Shown here: piece after piece, positions 1 to 15,237 of the stretch
How the letters are laid out: the number at the start of each line of letters is the position of its first letter
Position numbering within the stretch: position 1 is the stretch's first letter
DNA from: Bugula neritina
Lineage: Eukaryota > Animalia > Bryozoa
Length of the DNA: 64,000 nucleotides
Assembly (NCBI GenBank): GCA_964035545.1
Contig: OZ037772.1
Coordinates: 4,344,233 to 4,408,232, forward strand
Direction of reading: 5' to 3'
Made by a program: the position numbers and the translations under genes
Notes under the pieces: generated by a model
What the model was told of the DNA's origin: nothing
Databases searched by the model: none
The model's input: the letters and a program-made list of their open reading frames with translations, nothing else

Positions 1-220
1 CTTAGTGAATTATTCAATACTGATTGGTAGAACTTTATTACTTTCAACATAATCTGCTTAGTTTCATTTTAAAAGGAAGTCTTTCTGAGTTAAAAATATA
101 TTAGAATTTTTTTGTATTATTATTGCATTGTTATTGAATTATTGAATATATTTCAGTTATTGTATTATACTAGAAAGTAAAAATTTGCATGTAGTTGTGT
201 CAGCTGTATTCTTTTTGAAG

Positions 221-354
221 GTGAACTGATGGTAACAATTCCCAGAGAAAGTTTCGGTGTGAATGACCAGGTGTATGCTATTGCTGTGTATAACAGAGAC
301 ACAGTGTTTCTAGCATGTCAAGATGGACTGAAGAGATACACAATAAAATGCTAA
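221..354 (+). CDS. Terminal coding exon of TRIM-NHL-like paralog A (rest of gene upstream of window)
   Basis: Acceptor ttttgaag|GT; translates (G)ELMVTIPRESFGVNDQVYAIAVYNRDTVFLACQDGLKRYTIKC*, clearly homologous to the last exons at 15238-15374 and 56472-56608. The 3'UTR start (acttatcagttacagtttactaat) is also shared. AATAAA at 607-612. Confidence 0.85.
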
Positions 355-2010
355 ACTTATCAGTTACAGTTTACTAATGATCATGCAGCTCAGTGAGGTC
401 AATACAGTTCATCAATACACACCCATAGTACATATCAAATATAATGTATAGTATTCCACTCACAATGTAATAATACTTCAATATAAGACTACATAATCTA
501 CAGGACTTGCACTGCTTATATGCAGTATTTGATGTTGATTAGTAATTATTATGTAACATATTTACTCTGCTATGTTGTCAATACTCTGTTATAGTCACAT
601 TTACTCAATAAAGTTTGTTTGTAGAAATTGTTTTGTGACTGGTTTATGACTCATCTAATTACTTAGTCATCATAATTTAAATATTATTTGCTTTTTCACG
701 GAATAACCCTTCATCATAAGGTAGTTGCTGTATATAACTTGCTAGTTCAAATGACCTGTACAGAATAGATCAAATATTCCTGCAGATGTGCAATTCATAA
801 GTCATGTGTATAAAAAGATTCACTGCAGTAACTTCTCAGCAAGGTTCTCCTGTAATAGCTTAATAAAAGTCTCAAAAACTACAAGTATAAAAAAAGTTTG
901 TGTGGAAAAATGTCCCAGTATGAGAGAATTGTGAATTGCTGGTAAAAGACAACTCCAACCCCACCATGCATAAAGTTAAGGGCATCTAATTTTCATACTA
1001 AACTCAGTACCAGCTGCAAGACAATTCCAATAATTCAATTTAAGTTCATCTTGTTTCCGAGCTTGATACAATTGCATCTTGCAGCGCCTGCTCCACAATG
1101 CCTAGCAATATGTCAACAAATATAATCCAACTTGTCACGTGACTAACATTACGGATGTAATACAGCATTGCATTGCTAAACTTGGCACACAAGTTACTCC
1201 ACTGTAAGTTTCCTCTACCTTGCATCTAATTCACTAGCATCTATATTTGTTTATAAAATAATATCTCTAGTCTCAGCCAGCAATTAGCTTGCTTTATTGT
1301 TTTCCATTCAAGATGCATAAAGAACATTGTATTAAATTACAAAACTGTGAATCACTAAGTGATTCAGTCTTCAACAAAAGTAATAATATCAATATAAATA
1401 ATCAACTGCAGCCTATTATATTCTATGGGAATATGATATACCAGAATTGTGTAAAATAATTTACATATAAAGGCCTGGAATATTGTTCATAGTGTGAAGT
1501 GAAACACAAATATAAAAATACATATGCTATGGCCAATACAAAGTCTACCAAATATGCTAGTAACTTAGTAACTAGTAACTAGTAACTAAATATGTACTAT
1601 TAACTATATACAAAGAATACAATACATTAACCTGCAATACGTTGCACTAATGTCAGTGACTTGTTTTGTGAAAATACAATACACATAAGTTACCTTTGGG
1701 CTTAGATTCAATACATTTTTGGGAATATTGATATCAGCGAGCTGTGCATATAAAAAAATCTAGTCGCAAGAATTTTCTACATTCCAACTAAAATTCTTGC
1801 ATTATCTTTATAATGATCATTAGCTAGCAGGGTTACGTCACCCTGAAACTACTGTGCTATCTCACACATGTCCTTGTGTAATTTAAATAGGAGTTATGCT
1901 TCACCTAAACAAGTGCATCACATGACATAGCACTATCTGTGCCCTTTAAAACACTAGCCGAGTTACAATTAGTAGTAACAGAGACTGGATATCAGCTACC
2001 AACTCTTTAG

Positions 2011-2973
2011 TCAAGCTCTCTGTCCACCATTAATTGGGGAGACTTTGTTGAATCTTTTCAGTTTCAAATGACTTCGAACTACACTAAGATATTTAGGGTG
2101 AAAGCAAGCAAACAGAGGGATATTGACAATACTATAAAGTGAGGTTAGCACAGCACCAACAGCTTCTACTGTGTCTGTTATTAAAGGAGAGACCTTCAGT
2201 ATTGTACAGATTACAAACATGACTGTAGAGATGAGCGAGGACTGATAGATGATGTATATCAAAATGATGTATTTGCTTGCTGCCATAAGGACCCTGTTAT
2301 TGGCAGCATTACTGCTTACCATTTCTCTCAGCTTCCTCCACACCTTCACCAACAACACTGTGATTAGTATGGAGAGAGTGAGGACTGTCACTACATACAG
2401 ACTACCTACTAAGGAGCCAGTTAGAGTCTTCTCAGCTATCTGAACCTTTAGTGACGCCTGACACAGTGGATGTGCTATAACTAAGCTGCCAACTGCTTTC
2501 AACAAGAAAGCTAGAACATATAGAAATACAGTGAAACTCTTCAGGTTGACTATGAGGACATGTGTACTGTAGCTGTATGGTCTACATACACCTACGTACT
2601 TCTCAACACTGGCAACCAGAAATACCATAAATCTCAACAAAGAAGCATAACCGGTCAAATTTCCTATTGCTTTAAATGTCCAGTAAGCAGCGGCGACAGG
2701 AAGTTGAAGAATTAAATGTCTAATGTTACAATTTAAGTATACTACGAGGATAATGTTGGTGGTAATGTCACTAACACTGATGTTTATCAGAACCCAGAAG
2801 TATTTGGTAGTCTTCAGCTCTTTCATATCATTCAGTATGAGCAGATGGAGAATGTTCAGAAGTATGGAGAGGCAGTTGATTCCAACGTAGATCTCATTGA
2901 ATGGCTGATAGCAGAGAAGTGTCCCGTTATCACATGGCAGGATCTCCTCGTATGCTGAACTATAGTTTCCCAT
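2011..2973 (-). CDS. Intronless divergent class A (rhodopsin-like) 7TM GPCR, 320 aa, orphan
   Basis: Seven hydrophobic segments; N-terminal N-glycosylation sequons (NYS, NGT); TM1 Asn (LLNIL); TM2 ISVSD (LAxxD-like); TM3 end SVEKYVGVCRP (E/DRY-like); TM7 VNIPLF plus helix-8-like FHPKY. Confidence 0.85.
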   Translation of the reverse strand: MGNYSSAYEEILPCDNGTLLCYQPFNEIYVGINCLSILLNILHLLILNDMKELKTTKYFWVLINISVSDITTNIILVVYLNCNIRHLILQLPVAAAYWTFKAIGNLTGYASLLRFMVFLVASVEKYVGVCRPYSYSTHVLIVNLKSFTVFLYVLAFLLKAVGSLVIAHPLCQASLKVQIAEKTLTGSLVGSLYVVTVLTLSILITVLLVKVWRKLREMVSSNAANNRVLMAASKYIILIYIIYQSSLISTVMFVICTILKVSPLITDTVEAVGAVLTSLYSIVNIPLFACFHPKYLSVVRSHLKLKRFNKVSPINGGQRA

Positions 2974-3213
2974 TCTCTGCTGGATACCAACTGGGAGTCT
3001 CCTGTGTCACTAGTTGTCTATATAAGAGAATACAGTTGATAGTAACAATGGTACTGAACAGGTTTTTCAAGTTAAGACGTGAAATATGTATGAGTAATGT
3101 GTAAGTATGTCTCAAATACTGTAAACTGGATTTAGGATTTATACAGTTTTAACTAGTCAGTATACTGTACGCCATCTTAAGGTGTATAATGACTCATGTC
3201 TGTATGATTTATA

Positions 3214-3400
3214 ATAATATGTTCTGTATACTGTATAATATGTACTGTATACTGTATAATATGTACTGTATACTGTATAATATGTACTGTATACTGTATA
3301 ATATGTACTGTATACTGTATAATATGTACTGTATACTGTATAATATGTACTGTATACTGTATAATATGTACTGTATACTGTATAATATGTACTGTATACT
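3214..3400. repeat. 21-bp minisatellite (ATAATATGTACTGTATACTGT) x ~9
   Basis: Near-perfect tandem units; explains the 7-aa periodic spurious ORFs. Confidence 0.95.
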
Positions 3401-4219
3401 CTGTACCACGACATTTGCTATATAATACTGTGTTACATGTATACGGTGTTATACTACACAAAATAAACCGCTTATTATATTGTAGCATACACTGTATACT
3501 ATACTTTGTATACCATATCATACTACATATTATAATATACTATAATATATACTACATACTATACAGTAAACAATATATAATATATACTGTATACTGCATG
3601 TGTACTATAGCCTACGTTATATGCTGTACACTGTATTCTATGCACTATACACTATATACAATGTATATGATAATATATACTATACACTGTATACTGTATA
3701 GAGTGTATAGTATACATGCACACAAGTATACTGATATTTATATTCTTACCGTTTCCCCAGACTTTCCACTTTACTCTAGCTAATAGAATATCTGTAACAT
3801 TGAGAGAGACAAGCAAGGCCACTCTACTGTGTCTATTTAATGCCTTTGCTTTCCTGAATACAAGCTACTTGTAGCATTTAATATTCATTCTTTTTTTGCA
3901 AATATACTTAAATAGATTATTATTACCAACACATGGGTTGGCTGTAATGCTGTTAGCATAGTGTATAGTCATGTTGGAGGTTAAATGAGACACCAGGAAC
4001 AGGATGTGATAATCCATTGTGTAGTCTGTGTTACATGATTTATTTGATTTTAATATAGAGTAAAGAGTATGGATTGTAGCACTGACTTATTATATATACT
4101 ATATTATATGTAACAGTAACTTAGTATATATAGTAGTACTATATACTATATATATACTATATTATTATATGTAACACTGCCTTAGTATAATATATAATAT
4201 ATTATATGTAACACTGCCC

Positions 4220-4221
<2 letters not shown>

Positions 4222-4282
<61 letters not shown>
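4222..4282. repeat. (TA)n microsatellite, left flank of TIR element
   Basis: Pure TA run. Confidence 0.95.
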
Positions 4283-5724
<1,442 letters not shown>

Positions 5725-8700
5725 CACAGCTGCTTCATCCCTGTTATATATACTAATAATATATATTATAATGAATGTAACAGTGACTTGGTACATATAC
5801 TAATACTATATATTATATTATATGTAACAGGAATTTAGTACATATACTAATTATATATTATATTATATGTAACAAGAATCTAGTATGTATGTATTATATA
5901 TAATATGGTTTATATGGCACCTTATATCATCATATATTATATTGTTTTATTATATTGCACAATAATCTGACAATAAATGTTGTTATAATATTGTATGTCA
6001 TTTTGTTTGTTTATTTTGATTTTATATTTTATCAGAATAAGCTTTTATAGTAGTTTAATACAGTAGTTTATACTCCATTTGCATTATACTATGTTAATGC
6101 AATCTAACACTAATGCATGAACAATTCGAATAGAATTTCTAGCTCACTAAAATATATTTGGAGTTGTTTCTCTTGGTGAATTTTTTTATCTGTTAACTAA
6201 CATCTATGTTCATGTAACCAGTTATTAATGCAGAAAATTCTTTAAAATAATTTAGAATTATATTTTCCATTATGTAAAATGTTTACTTTAAACAAAAAAG
6301 TAACAATTTGTACTAAATGTAATTAAACACTTTTATATTTGAAAATTGTTTAGTATATATCCAAAGACTGGTCAACCTAGCAGCAGTGGTAAAAATAGTA
6401 CAAATGTCCCAAACTTACATCGTCTATTAGGTTTTTGGATGCGGCTTCAACTGTAATGACAGCCGTAATAACGTCTTCGAGAATTCACATGGTATCAAAC
6501 TAGTATCATGTCATTACTGTTTCTAAATGCTCCAACTTGCAGGTATAGTTTTCAATCTACCCTGTAATCAGTCAGTGTATCAATGTTCATTAGCAGCTAC
6601 TACATAAATAATTTGAGCCTTTAGCGCAACATTTAGCAAACACCTCAGTTACAGCTGATGAGTTTCTTATTGTTAACTCAGCTTCAGGATAATAAATAAT
6701 TAAAACTGTAAAAGTTTCCATGAAGCAGATTTTAAATTCACTATTAAAGCATCTAAAAAGACTCTTCGCAAACAATTATGTTATTAAATCTATCAATCAG
6801 TATATAACTTTCATCTAAGGATAATAACTCAACATTTGTGTTAACGTTCAATGCAAAATATAATTATATAGTACTATGACTAATATTTTGTTATATTGTT
6901 TTATTATATAATTGTACAACAATGTGATTACAAAAATTGTCATAATTACATTATGGTGAGTGATATGTAACTGCTAGCATGGCCCTCTGGCAGCACATCA
7001 TGTTAGTGCAAATACAAATTGTAACCCGAGTACTGAAAATGTATTCATAAACTACTTTTACCTATTGGTTAAAGTTTCTATTTTTGTCACCATGAAATGT
7101 TCATTTTAAAGTCTAAATTTATGTCTACTATATTTCAACACATCTATGTATAAAACTGTGTGGCATATACATTAGGATTTGGATCATGCCATACAAAATG
7201 GTTTCACTCATACTGAAATTGTCTGAGGCTTTACCTGGTAACTTGAGTTTTTGAACATGGCTACTTCAATGAAACCCGTAATAAAGTAATAATATAATCT
7301 GCTATGTATTATTTAATTTATATTATGTACACTGCACTGTTCACAAATTAAAATTTATTATAATAGAGTAATTTGTCACCAAACATCGTATATAACTGTA
7401 TTAATCAGGTCTGCATATATAACAGTTTTCGGATGTCATATGCAGTAGAAAAGGCCACTGAAACATGGGCAAATAGCCGCAGGTGGCCCTGGGGTGCCTA
7501 GTTACCAACTCCTGTAGTAGGGTATGTAGAATTAGGTTATTTATATTCAACTGAAATTTATGTTGTGGTATTCATGAATGCTTTCATAGAAAGTAATTGT
7601 ATATTAAACTATATTACTTATAAATTGCCAACTTATGTATATTATATATAAGACGAGTGTACAGCTACCTGAGATATTAAAATATTGCTATAATATTATA
7701 TTATATTTTGTACAGTATGTTGTGTATATTTCAACATAGTTATCCAACTTAATGTTTATTGGGAGTTGCCTGTCCTGTTAAAATCTTTAGGAAAGTTACC
7801 TGCATTTTTGTTTATGTAAATTATTGGTTACAAATTAACAATTATACAATATTTTTAAAATTTATTTTTAAGCATTTGGGAAATTTATTTTGAGCAAAAA
7901 AAAAAAAGGTTTTAAAAAACTATTTGACACCTTTTTAGAAAACTATTTGCATTGTATATAATGAGTAACTCTCCTCTGGCTGTCATATTCCTATAGAGAT
8001 GTCTGAAAACCTCTATTTTGTAATCTTTGAATATGGCTACTTCACTGCTAGCTGTTGATATATTAAGATATTGTTTAAATAGCTCAATTAGCAACCACAG
8101 TGTGTAACATAATTGAAATTTTAGTTGTAACAGAAGTACATTATCTGATTATACTGCTACTAATAATTACTTACTGCTGTGGTGTATTGTGTGAACCTCA
8201 GGCTAAAATTTTTAATTAAAATGCTAGTTTTGGTGAATTTATGTTAATTAAGAGTTACTTCCCCTGCTAACTTCCCTTATGCGTGATTTTTTAGTATTTA
8301 TTTCAAGGTCTTCGGATATATGTTACAATAAAGCTTTAATTATAATAAAATGATGTTTTAACACTGAGTCATATTTTCAATTGCAATTCAAACACTTTTT
8401 TACACAAAATATGTGTTGTATGTAAATTCACTTTTGTAAACCTGATGAATAAAATTGTATAGCAATATTTGTGAGTGACTACGTAATTGTTAGTTACTGA
8501 ATAGCTTAATAAATATTATATACTTATATAAACAGCAACCACCTCATGGTAATTGACTGACCAATTTATACTGCATTACCATCATTTCTATTTCTATCAT
8601 ACAAATATTGTGACCAAACTAAATGTTCATGTTTAGAAGTCTTCTGTTAGATACTTCCTAACACAGATGAGTTCTCTGAGTACAACCAGACTATTATATG

Positions 8701-10440
8701 ATAATATATATTATATATAGTTGTCACAAATTCTACTCTATAAACCATATATTGTACTCTCTTCTGTTATTAGCCTGCACTTTATCATCCTTATTAGTAC
8801 GACATGTTAATTTTAAATATTAAAAATAATCTAAATGCACTAATTCATATTTTGAATAATGCCAGTTACACTCAATTCATGTACATTGCAGAGTAAATTA
8901 GAATTGTCTAATTTATTGCATTAGGAGTATAAAAGCAGATGTAATAAAATTCCTATATATTAACAATAAAAAAGTTTTATCTATGGAATATCTCATATTT
9001 ATTTTTGTTTAGAATATTTGTCTGCAGTCAGTGGAAACCTCATATAACTGTATGCTAATTCTACCTTAACCAGGGTTGTGCTGAAAGCTTCACACTTCGG
9101 CATCTATTTTGGCAAAGAGGAATTTGTTTGAAATAAATTATTTAAATAAATTTTTAGTCATAATTACAAGACAGTTAAGCCCTGTATAATATATAGACAA
9201 AGGTGCGCTATTTATTACTTGGTATACAAACTATCAAAGTTTATACGTACAATAAATTTTATTATAGCAGACCACACTACCTAAGTGTAGCAAATGATGC
9301 AAATCATGGTACAGCACATAGCCTAAAATCAAAAGGTCATGATACTCAGGAGTTGTTTCCCCTGCTAAATTGTTGTAGTACACAAAGGTCTTTTGTAGTT
9401 ATCAACTGGCAATAATCATAATAAGAATTTATGTTCACTCAAGTAATATATTTTTCTAAATTTGAATATGCATCATGTTTTCTTATTATTTTCAAATATG
9501 AAATAGGTTTCGCAAACAGAAAAGAAACCTTTTTAATATTCATAAGTTGTATAATGGTTGGCTCTTTGATTGCCTCTTGTTATGCAGATTAGCTAGAAGC
9601 TTACTGTTTAGCTCAATGGCTTGAATTTTGTATATTCAATAAAGCTTTATAAATTACATAACATGCACCGTACAGTAAGATTGTTCCAGTGTGTATATAA
9701 CGTCATCAGTAATCTTGTAAGTGGAATAAGCTTCTATCCCAGATATGTGCTGCCTTTATCTTAAAGGAGATAGGATGATAATGATGAACTCTTTATCTGA
9801 TAAAATAATACAAGAAAAAAAGAAAATACCTCTATTTGCAGGCAAAGATGAAAGGTTAATATTTCCGCATGTATAAAAATACAATCTACAGTATAGTTGC
9901 TTTCTGTACAACAGTTTTCACAAATACTATAAGATACATATAATATTAGCAATACAGTATGATACTTGAAAATAAAGATTGTATTGAGCATTAGAATAAC
10001 ATTTATTTGATATTTCTTTCAAAAGAGTTATGTCAGTGATTGTGCTGCGTATTATCTGAGGCTGATGTCTGCTGAGCTGGTCTCCATCATAAACAACAGA
10101 CGACCCTAGTCAGCTATTCTAACTAGAGTTGTCTTCTCTATCACTCCAGTTGTTCAGTTGAATTCAATAAGTAAATATATTAATATTTAGAATCATTTTG
10201 ATGTAATAGCAATTGACTATTGAATAACAACCATCTACTGTGCCATACACAGAGCATTTGAAAAGTTCTTTATTTATGTTTATTAGCTGCAATACCATTA
10301 GTTGTATATTTAGGGTAGAGTTTGCTGTAATGAAAGTACATGTATTCACATTGTTTGTATGCCAACTTATATTATATTATGTAGTGAATTGTTTTTGTTT
10401 TGTATAGCTACATAAATTGCAACATTTTTGTAATATTATT

Positions 10441-10880
10441 ATATAATAGAGCATGTAAATTTGGTACATTTACTACCTTGTACCAACTTTAAAATACTCA
10501 CCACTATAACTTATATAAACTTCTGCAATCTCAAATGCAAAATGCATTCTTCTAGAAAACAGCTGTGCAACTTTTATTACATGGACTCTTTTATTTCATA
10601 TCTTAAATTTATGAGTTTGAGTTCCCTTTTTAGATTATTTAAATTAAGTGCTCAAAAGAGGCAATTAAAAGTTGAGTATTTGCAAAATTAGCCTGGTAAA
10701 CTATTACCACACTTGCATACTTGATGGTTTGTTTATTGACATAGTGGTGAGTGAGCTGGTTGTTTTTGGCAGTTTTGCATTTGAACTTGCAGAAGTTTAT
10801 GTAAGTCATAGCGGTGAGCACTTTAGAGTTGGTACAAGATAGCAAATGTACCAATTTTACACAGTCTACTATATTACGGT
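10441..10880. mobile_element. Degenerate palindromic MITE with ~100-bp inverted arms
   Basis: 10441-10542 is an imperfect reverse complement of ~10773-10875; the right end reads TA|CCGTAATATAG on the minus strand (Tc1/pogo-like end); left tip eroded. Confidence 0.65.
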
Positions 10881-13800
10881 AGGTTATATATGCTTAATTG
10901 GTCACCTTTGGTCACCTTTCACCGCTGTGGTCCTGCACGGGTGGCGGGAGGTTATATGCTTAATCAGTATCATTAAACTCAATTGCAGTATTTCCTACTT
11001 TTGACATTGTGTTGTAAAATAGTTTGTTTTCTATTTACAACATAATATATCACAATATATACATAATATTTATAGTATTTTGTATTAAATTTTATACGTT
11101 ATATATTGAGTAATACTATACTATATTATTTATTACAAGCTGACAGTGATGTATGATCTTTAGCTTATGGTCCTTATTAGTCAATATTATTCTTTCTGAA
11201 CTCAACGTTGATTAGGAGTTGCTTCCCCCGCTTCTTTTATAAATGTCAACAGCAATCCTGTTATTTAGTTTTCTAACATAAATGAAAACTAATGCAAAAA
11301 TTTTTAAATTTTATCTTTAAGTATATTATACAGCATTTATCTTGAAGAAAAGTTTTAGTAATTGCTTCAACAAAAATTGGACACTTTTCTATAAGAAATT
11401 TGCATTGTATATAGAAAATAACTTGCCATTGCATGGTAAAGTGTACCAAGTCATTTTTGTAGACTGAGATTTTTGGATTTGGCTACTTTACGAGTGGCCA
11501 TATTATATGAAAACCTAAGATAACTCCATCAATGAAATCTATTTGCCAACAAGCTAATATTAAATGCCTGGTGAAAAGACCTAATTGTTCTGCGATATCA
11601 ATACCAACTCTATAGAATACTTATTGCATCACAATTGTGTAGAAACTTTAATCTTTCAGGAATATTATTGTGACTGTTTAATCATGTTAATCAGGAGCTA
11701 CATCTCTTGCGAACTTATTCTACAAGTCCACATTAGTTCTTCAGCATATTTTACTATTAATTGTTGAAAAACTTTTTTGATTTGTATTTTAAATCAACGT
11801 TGGAAACAGAAAAACAAGTTTCGAACACCGAAAGTTCAACTGTATTAAAACACAAAATATGTTGTGTATGTAAAGGCACATTTTACTTCATCATCGTAGA
11901 TGTCATAATAGTCATAATAAATAGTAGAATTATTTATACATGGCTATACCTGACTGTTATCCATTGCATAGCATATTAGCAGTGACTATAACTCATGATA
12001 ATAAGCTGACTAATTTATACTGTATTACCATCACCTCTATTAATAGCTCTTCAGCTTACAAATATTGTAACCCAACAGTCTTGTAACTAGTGATGCATGC
12101 AGTTGGTAATATTCATGTTTACATGCCTTCTTTTAGCTCAGTGGTTCCCAACCTGGAGGAAATTCTTCTTAGAGGAAAATGTGGACAAGGTAATAATGAC
12201 ACAAATAGAAAAGTGAGTAAGAATGACACATGGCACTACATGTCACATTATACTACATTATTACATAATTCAAACACTGCAGTTTTATAAACTTATGTTT
12301 CAGCAATATTATTCCAGTTTTCTTCTTGTGTATTAGCAGTTGCCTCTCTTGCAATTTTTTGTAGAGGTTAACAGCATTTCTGTTCATGTTATTAATAATT
12401 AATAATCTAAACTTTATAAAACTATTTCCGAAATTATTTATCGCAAATTAAATCATGTTTATTAAACAGAAGCTTGAGCAAATTTTCTCAAAGATATTTT
12501 AACACTTTTATATATACAATTATATTGTTATTGTCAATCTGTAATTTTGTATAGATACCCTGGTTTTGTAGTGGTAGGTCACATATATATAATTATTTGT
12601 AGGTGGCTGCTTGACTGTCAGCCCGTCTATAGCAATAAAACTTTGATATAACACCTTTACATCAACAAACTCTGTGTACTGACTGCATCTTTACACTCTG
12701 TGTTTCAAGGTGCTGCAGGGTTGTTGAACTTATAATACTATTCTGTTCTATAAATTATATTCAATGAATTGAAGTCTTTTCAAGTTACTTAAGTAAGATC
12801 TATATTATACTGTCTGAGTAATACACATTATAGTCATAGATCAGTAGTAACTTATAATTATCTGACAACACTTCTAGAATCACTCAGTAAAACTTTCACC
12901 TGCCACATTAATTGGAGGATTTTAAATATAATAATTCATCAAATTTATAATTTGTCTAACAATCGACAATTATACGCATAGTGTTTATTTCAGTATAGTT
13001 TTTTATTGCAATTAATTAATTAGTTATTTAAAGCAATTGCTGTCGCCTAGTCTAACCTGATCATTCAGCTACTTAAGCAGCTGCACATTGTAGGCTGTAA
13101 TAAATGAGCGCAGGTTATGACAACAACTGAATTATCTTCTCTTGTTTTCTCCATTCGATGCTGTAGTTGACAAATCATCCTTGTTTAGACAGTATTTATA
13201 TACACTTGTCTCAAGAATACCTACATGTATAGTGTAGTGGAGGATGTTTCACCCCTCACAAGTCATAAAAATCCTCTACAACACATGTACATTGAAGAGG
13301 AGAATATAAGTTTCCATATATAACTGTATCATGCAGTTATGTATAAAAAGCAGAGGCTATAGGCCACAATAGAAGAGTCTTGTCTACTGAACATCCCATT
13401 TCTAATAACTCCATCTGCTGGAAATATTTTTCAGACAACGAAACCTAACTTTGAGATTCCCTCTAAAGGTATAAATTGTAGGGAATACCAATTGTGGAAT
13501 ACCCTCTATAAGAGGTAGTTGTAGGGCCTACTCTCTAACCACTTCTATAGCAGGCAAGTATCTGAGCAATTACAGTATTTTTATTCTGAGATTGATGTTA
13601 ATAAAAAGAGTGGAAGTGATTGAATATATAGCTAGTAACCCCTACATTTAGTACAACTTCTTGCTTATATACGACACATTTTTTGATCATTTGTTTATAT
13701 GACGAGAGTTTGTCAAATGCTACATAAACAGTATTTAAAATGATGCCATAGACATTAGTGCAGCCTCATGATATTTGAATTGTTAGATAACTATGTTCTC

Positions 13801-14491
13801 TGCTCAAGATTAATATCAATTGGCCACAGTATTGGCTACTCATTTACTTTTAGAGTTACTTCCCCTGTTAATTTTTTAAAGAGTTCATTCATTAGCTCTC
13901 TGTAGTTATATATGCTAGCTAAATTTTTACTTACCAATTGAGCCTGATTAGAAAACAACTCAAAGTCAAATATTTTTTTCAATAAAGATGACTTAAGTTT
14001 CTTAAATTAAAAAAAAACAGATTTAAATTTAACATTTGAATTTGTTTTAGAATATGGTTGTCCATTCAATAGCTTATGTAATTGTAAATTTTGTAGCACA
14101 CTTGATATACTATTTGGCGATGGCTTGCAATTTGCGTAGCAAAACAAGCTCCCATCAAAATACATAGCATGCGTCATAAAATAAAAAAATTCAATTGGAG
14201 AATATACATAGGACCACCTTCTAAAACTCTATAAAATATAATGTAAAATATTGCAGTATGATATCTTTACAAACTATAACCACTCTCTGATAGTCCATCT
14301 CAACTGCTATTATTTGTATTAAAATAGGATAGTTAAATGTTGAGGTTTAGTTACAGGGGTATTAGCTAATGGGTTCCTTTAATATGTGTACTAGGTATAT
14401 CTTAGCAACAGTTTGATATTGTATCCTAGCAACACTGCTATATTGTATCCTAGTGAAATTGTTGCCTTGGATCGTAGTGACATTGTTATAT

Positions 14492-14911
14492 GGGTCATTT
14501 TACTTAATTTAGTACACACTGGAAATCTCCAGTTTTTAGCTGTTTTTTACAATATAGCTGCTAACGAACATGGGTTTTTGCCCAAAACGGTTAAATGTCA
14601 ATCAACACACATAAATAATCAAGGTTCTTTTTAAATTTGATTGATTTTCTATGTTTTCTCCTAATTATTCAGCTACTTTTGATTGCAGACCGTTATGGTT
14701 TTTTCGTAACGGTCTGCAATCAAAAGTAGCTGAATAATTAGGAGAAAACATGGAAAATCAATCAAAATTAGGAAGAACCTTGATTATTTAGTTGTATTTA
14801 TTGAAATTTTACTAGTTTTGAGCAAAAACCCTTGTTCGTTAGCAGCTGAATTGTGAAAAATAGCTAAAAACTGGAAATTTCCAGTGTGTACTAAATTAAG
14901 TAAAATGACCC
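14492..14911. mobile_element. Foldback (fully palindromic) MITE, GGGTC...GACCC, 4-bp ATAT TSD, Sola2-like
   Basis: ~205-bp inverted arms meeting at TTGCAGACCGTTA...TAACGGTCTGCAA; ATAT at 14488-14491 and 14912-14915; interrupts a degenerate ~24-bp atattgtatcctagcaac repeat. Superfamily inferred only from GGG ends and the 4-bp TSD. Confidence 0.8.
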
Positions 14912-14988
14912 ATATTGTATCATAGCAACATTGCCGTCTTTTATCCTATAAGTGACTTATTACATTGTCAACTAGTAATAGGGTATAC

Positions 14989-15084
14989 AGCAGCGTATAC
15001 AGGAGTACGATTCAGTGTGGATGTTACCAAAGATGGCGAAAATTTGCAGTTACGGCTTACGGTCGGCAATGTGTGAACAGGGGG
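14989..15084 (-). mobile_element. Terminal fragment of the CCCCCTGTTCACACATTGCCG MITE family
   Basis: Ends GGCAATGTGTGAACAGGGGG|TA and matches the terminus at 36398/44238. Homology of paralog B to paralog C stops here. Confidence 0.8.
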
Positions 15085-15237
15085 TAAATTAAACACCAAA
15101 TATAATATACCTGACACTAGCATAAGTGTGTGTATTAATGAATTGTAATGAATATAAATATGTTGATGACAAATATTATCCAATTCATCTCTCAGCACCT
15201 CACTGAGCTAATTATTAGTAAACTGTAGCTGATAAGT

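Noticed and set aside
3157-3783. Several periodic Tyr/Ile/Cys-rich ORFs
   Set aside because: Translations of the 21-bp minisatellite and adjacent low-complexity DNA.
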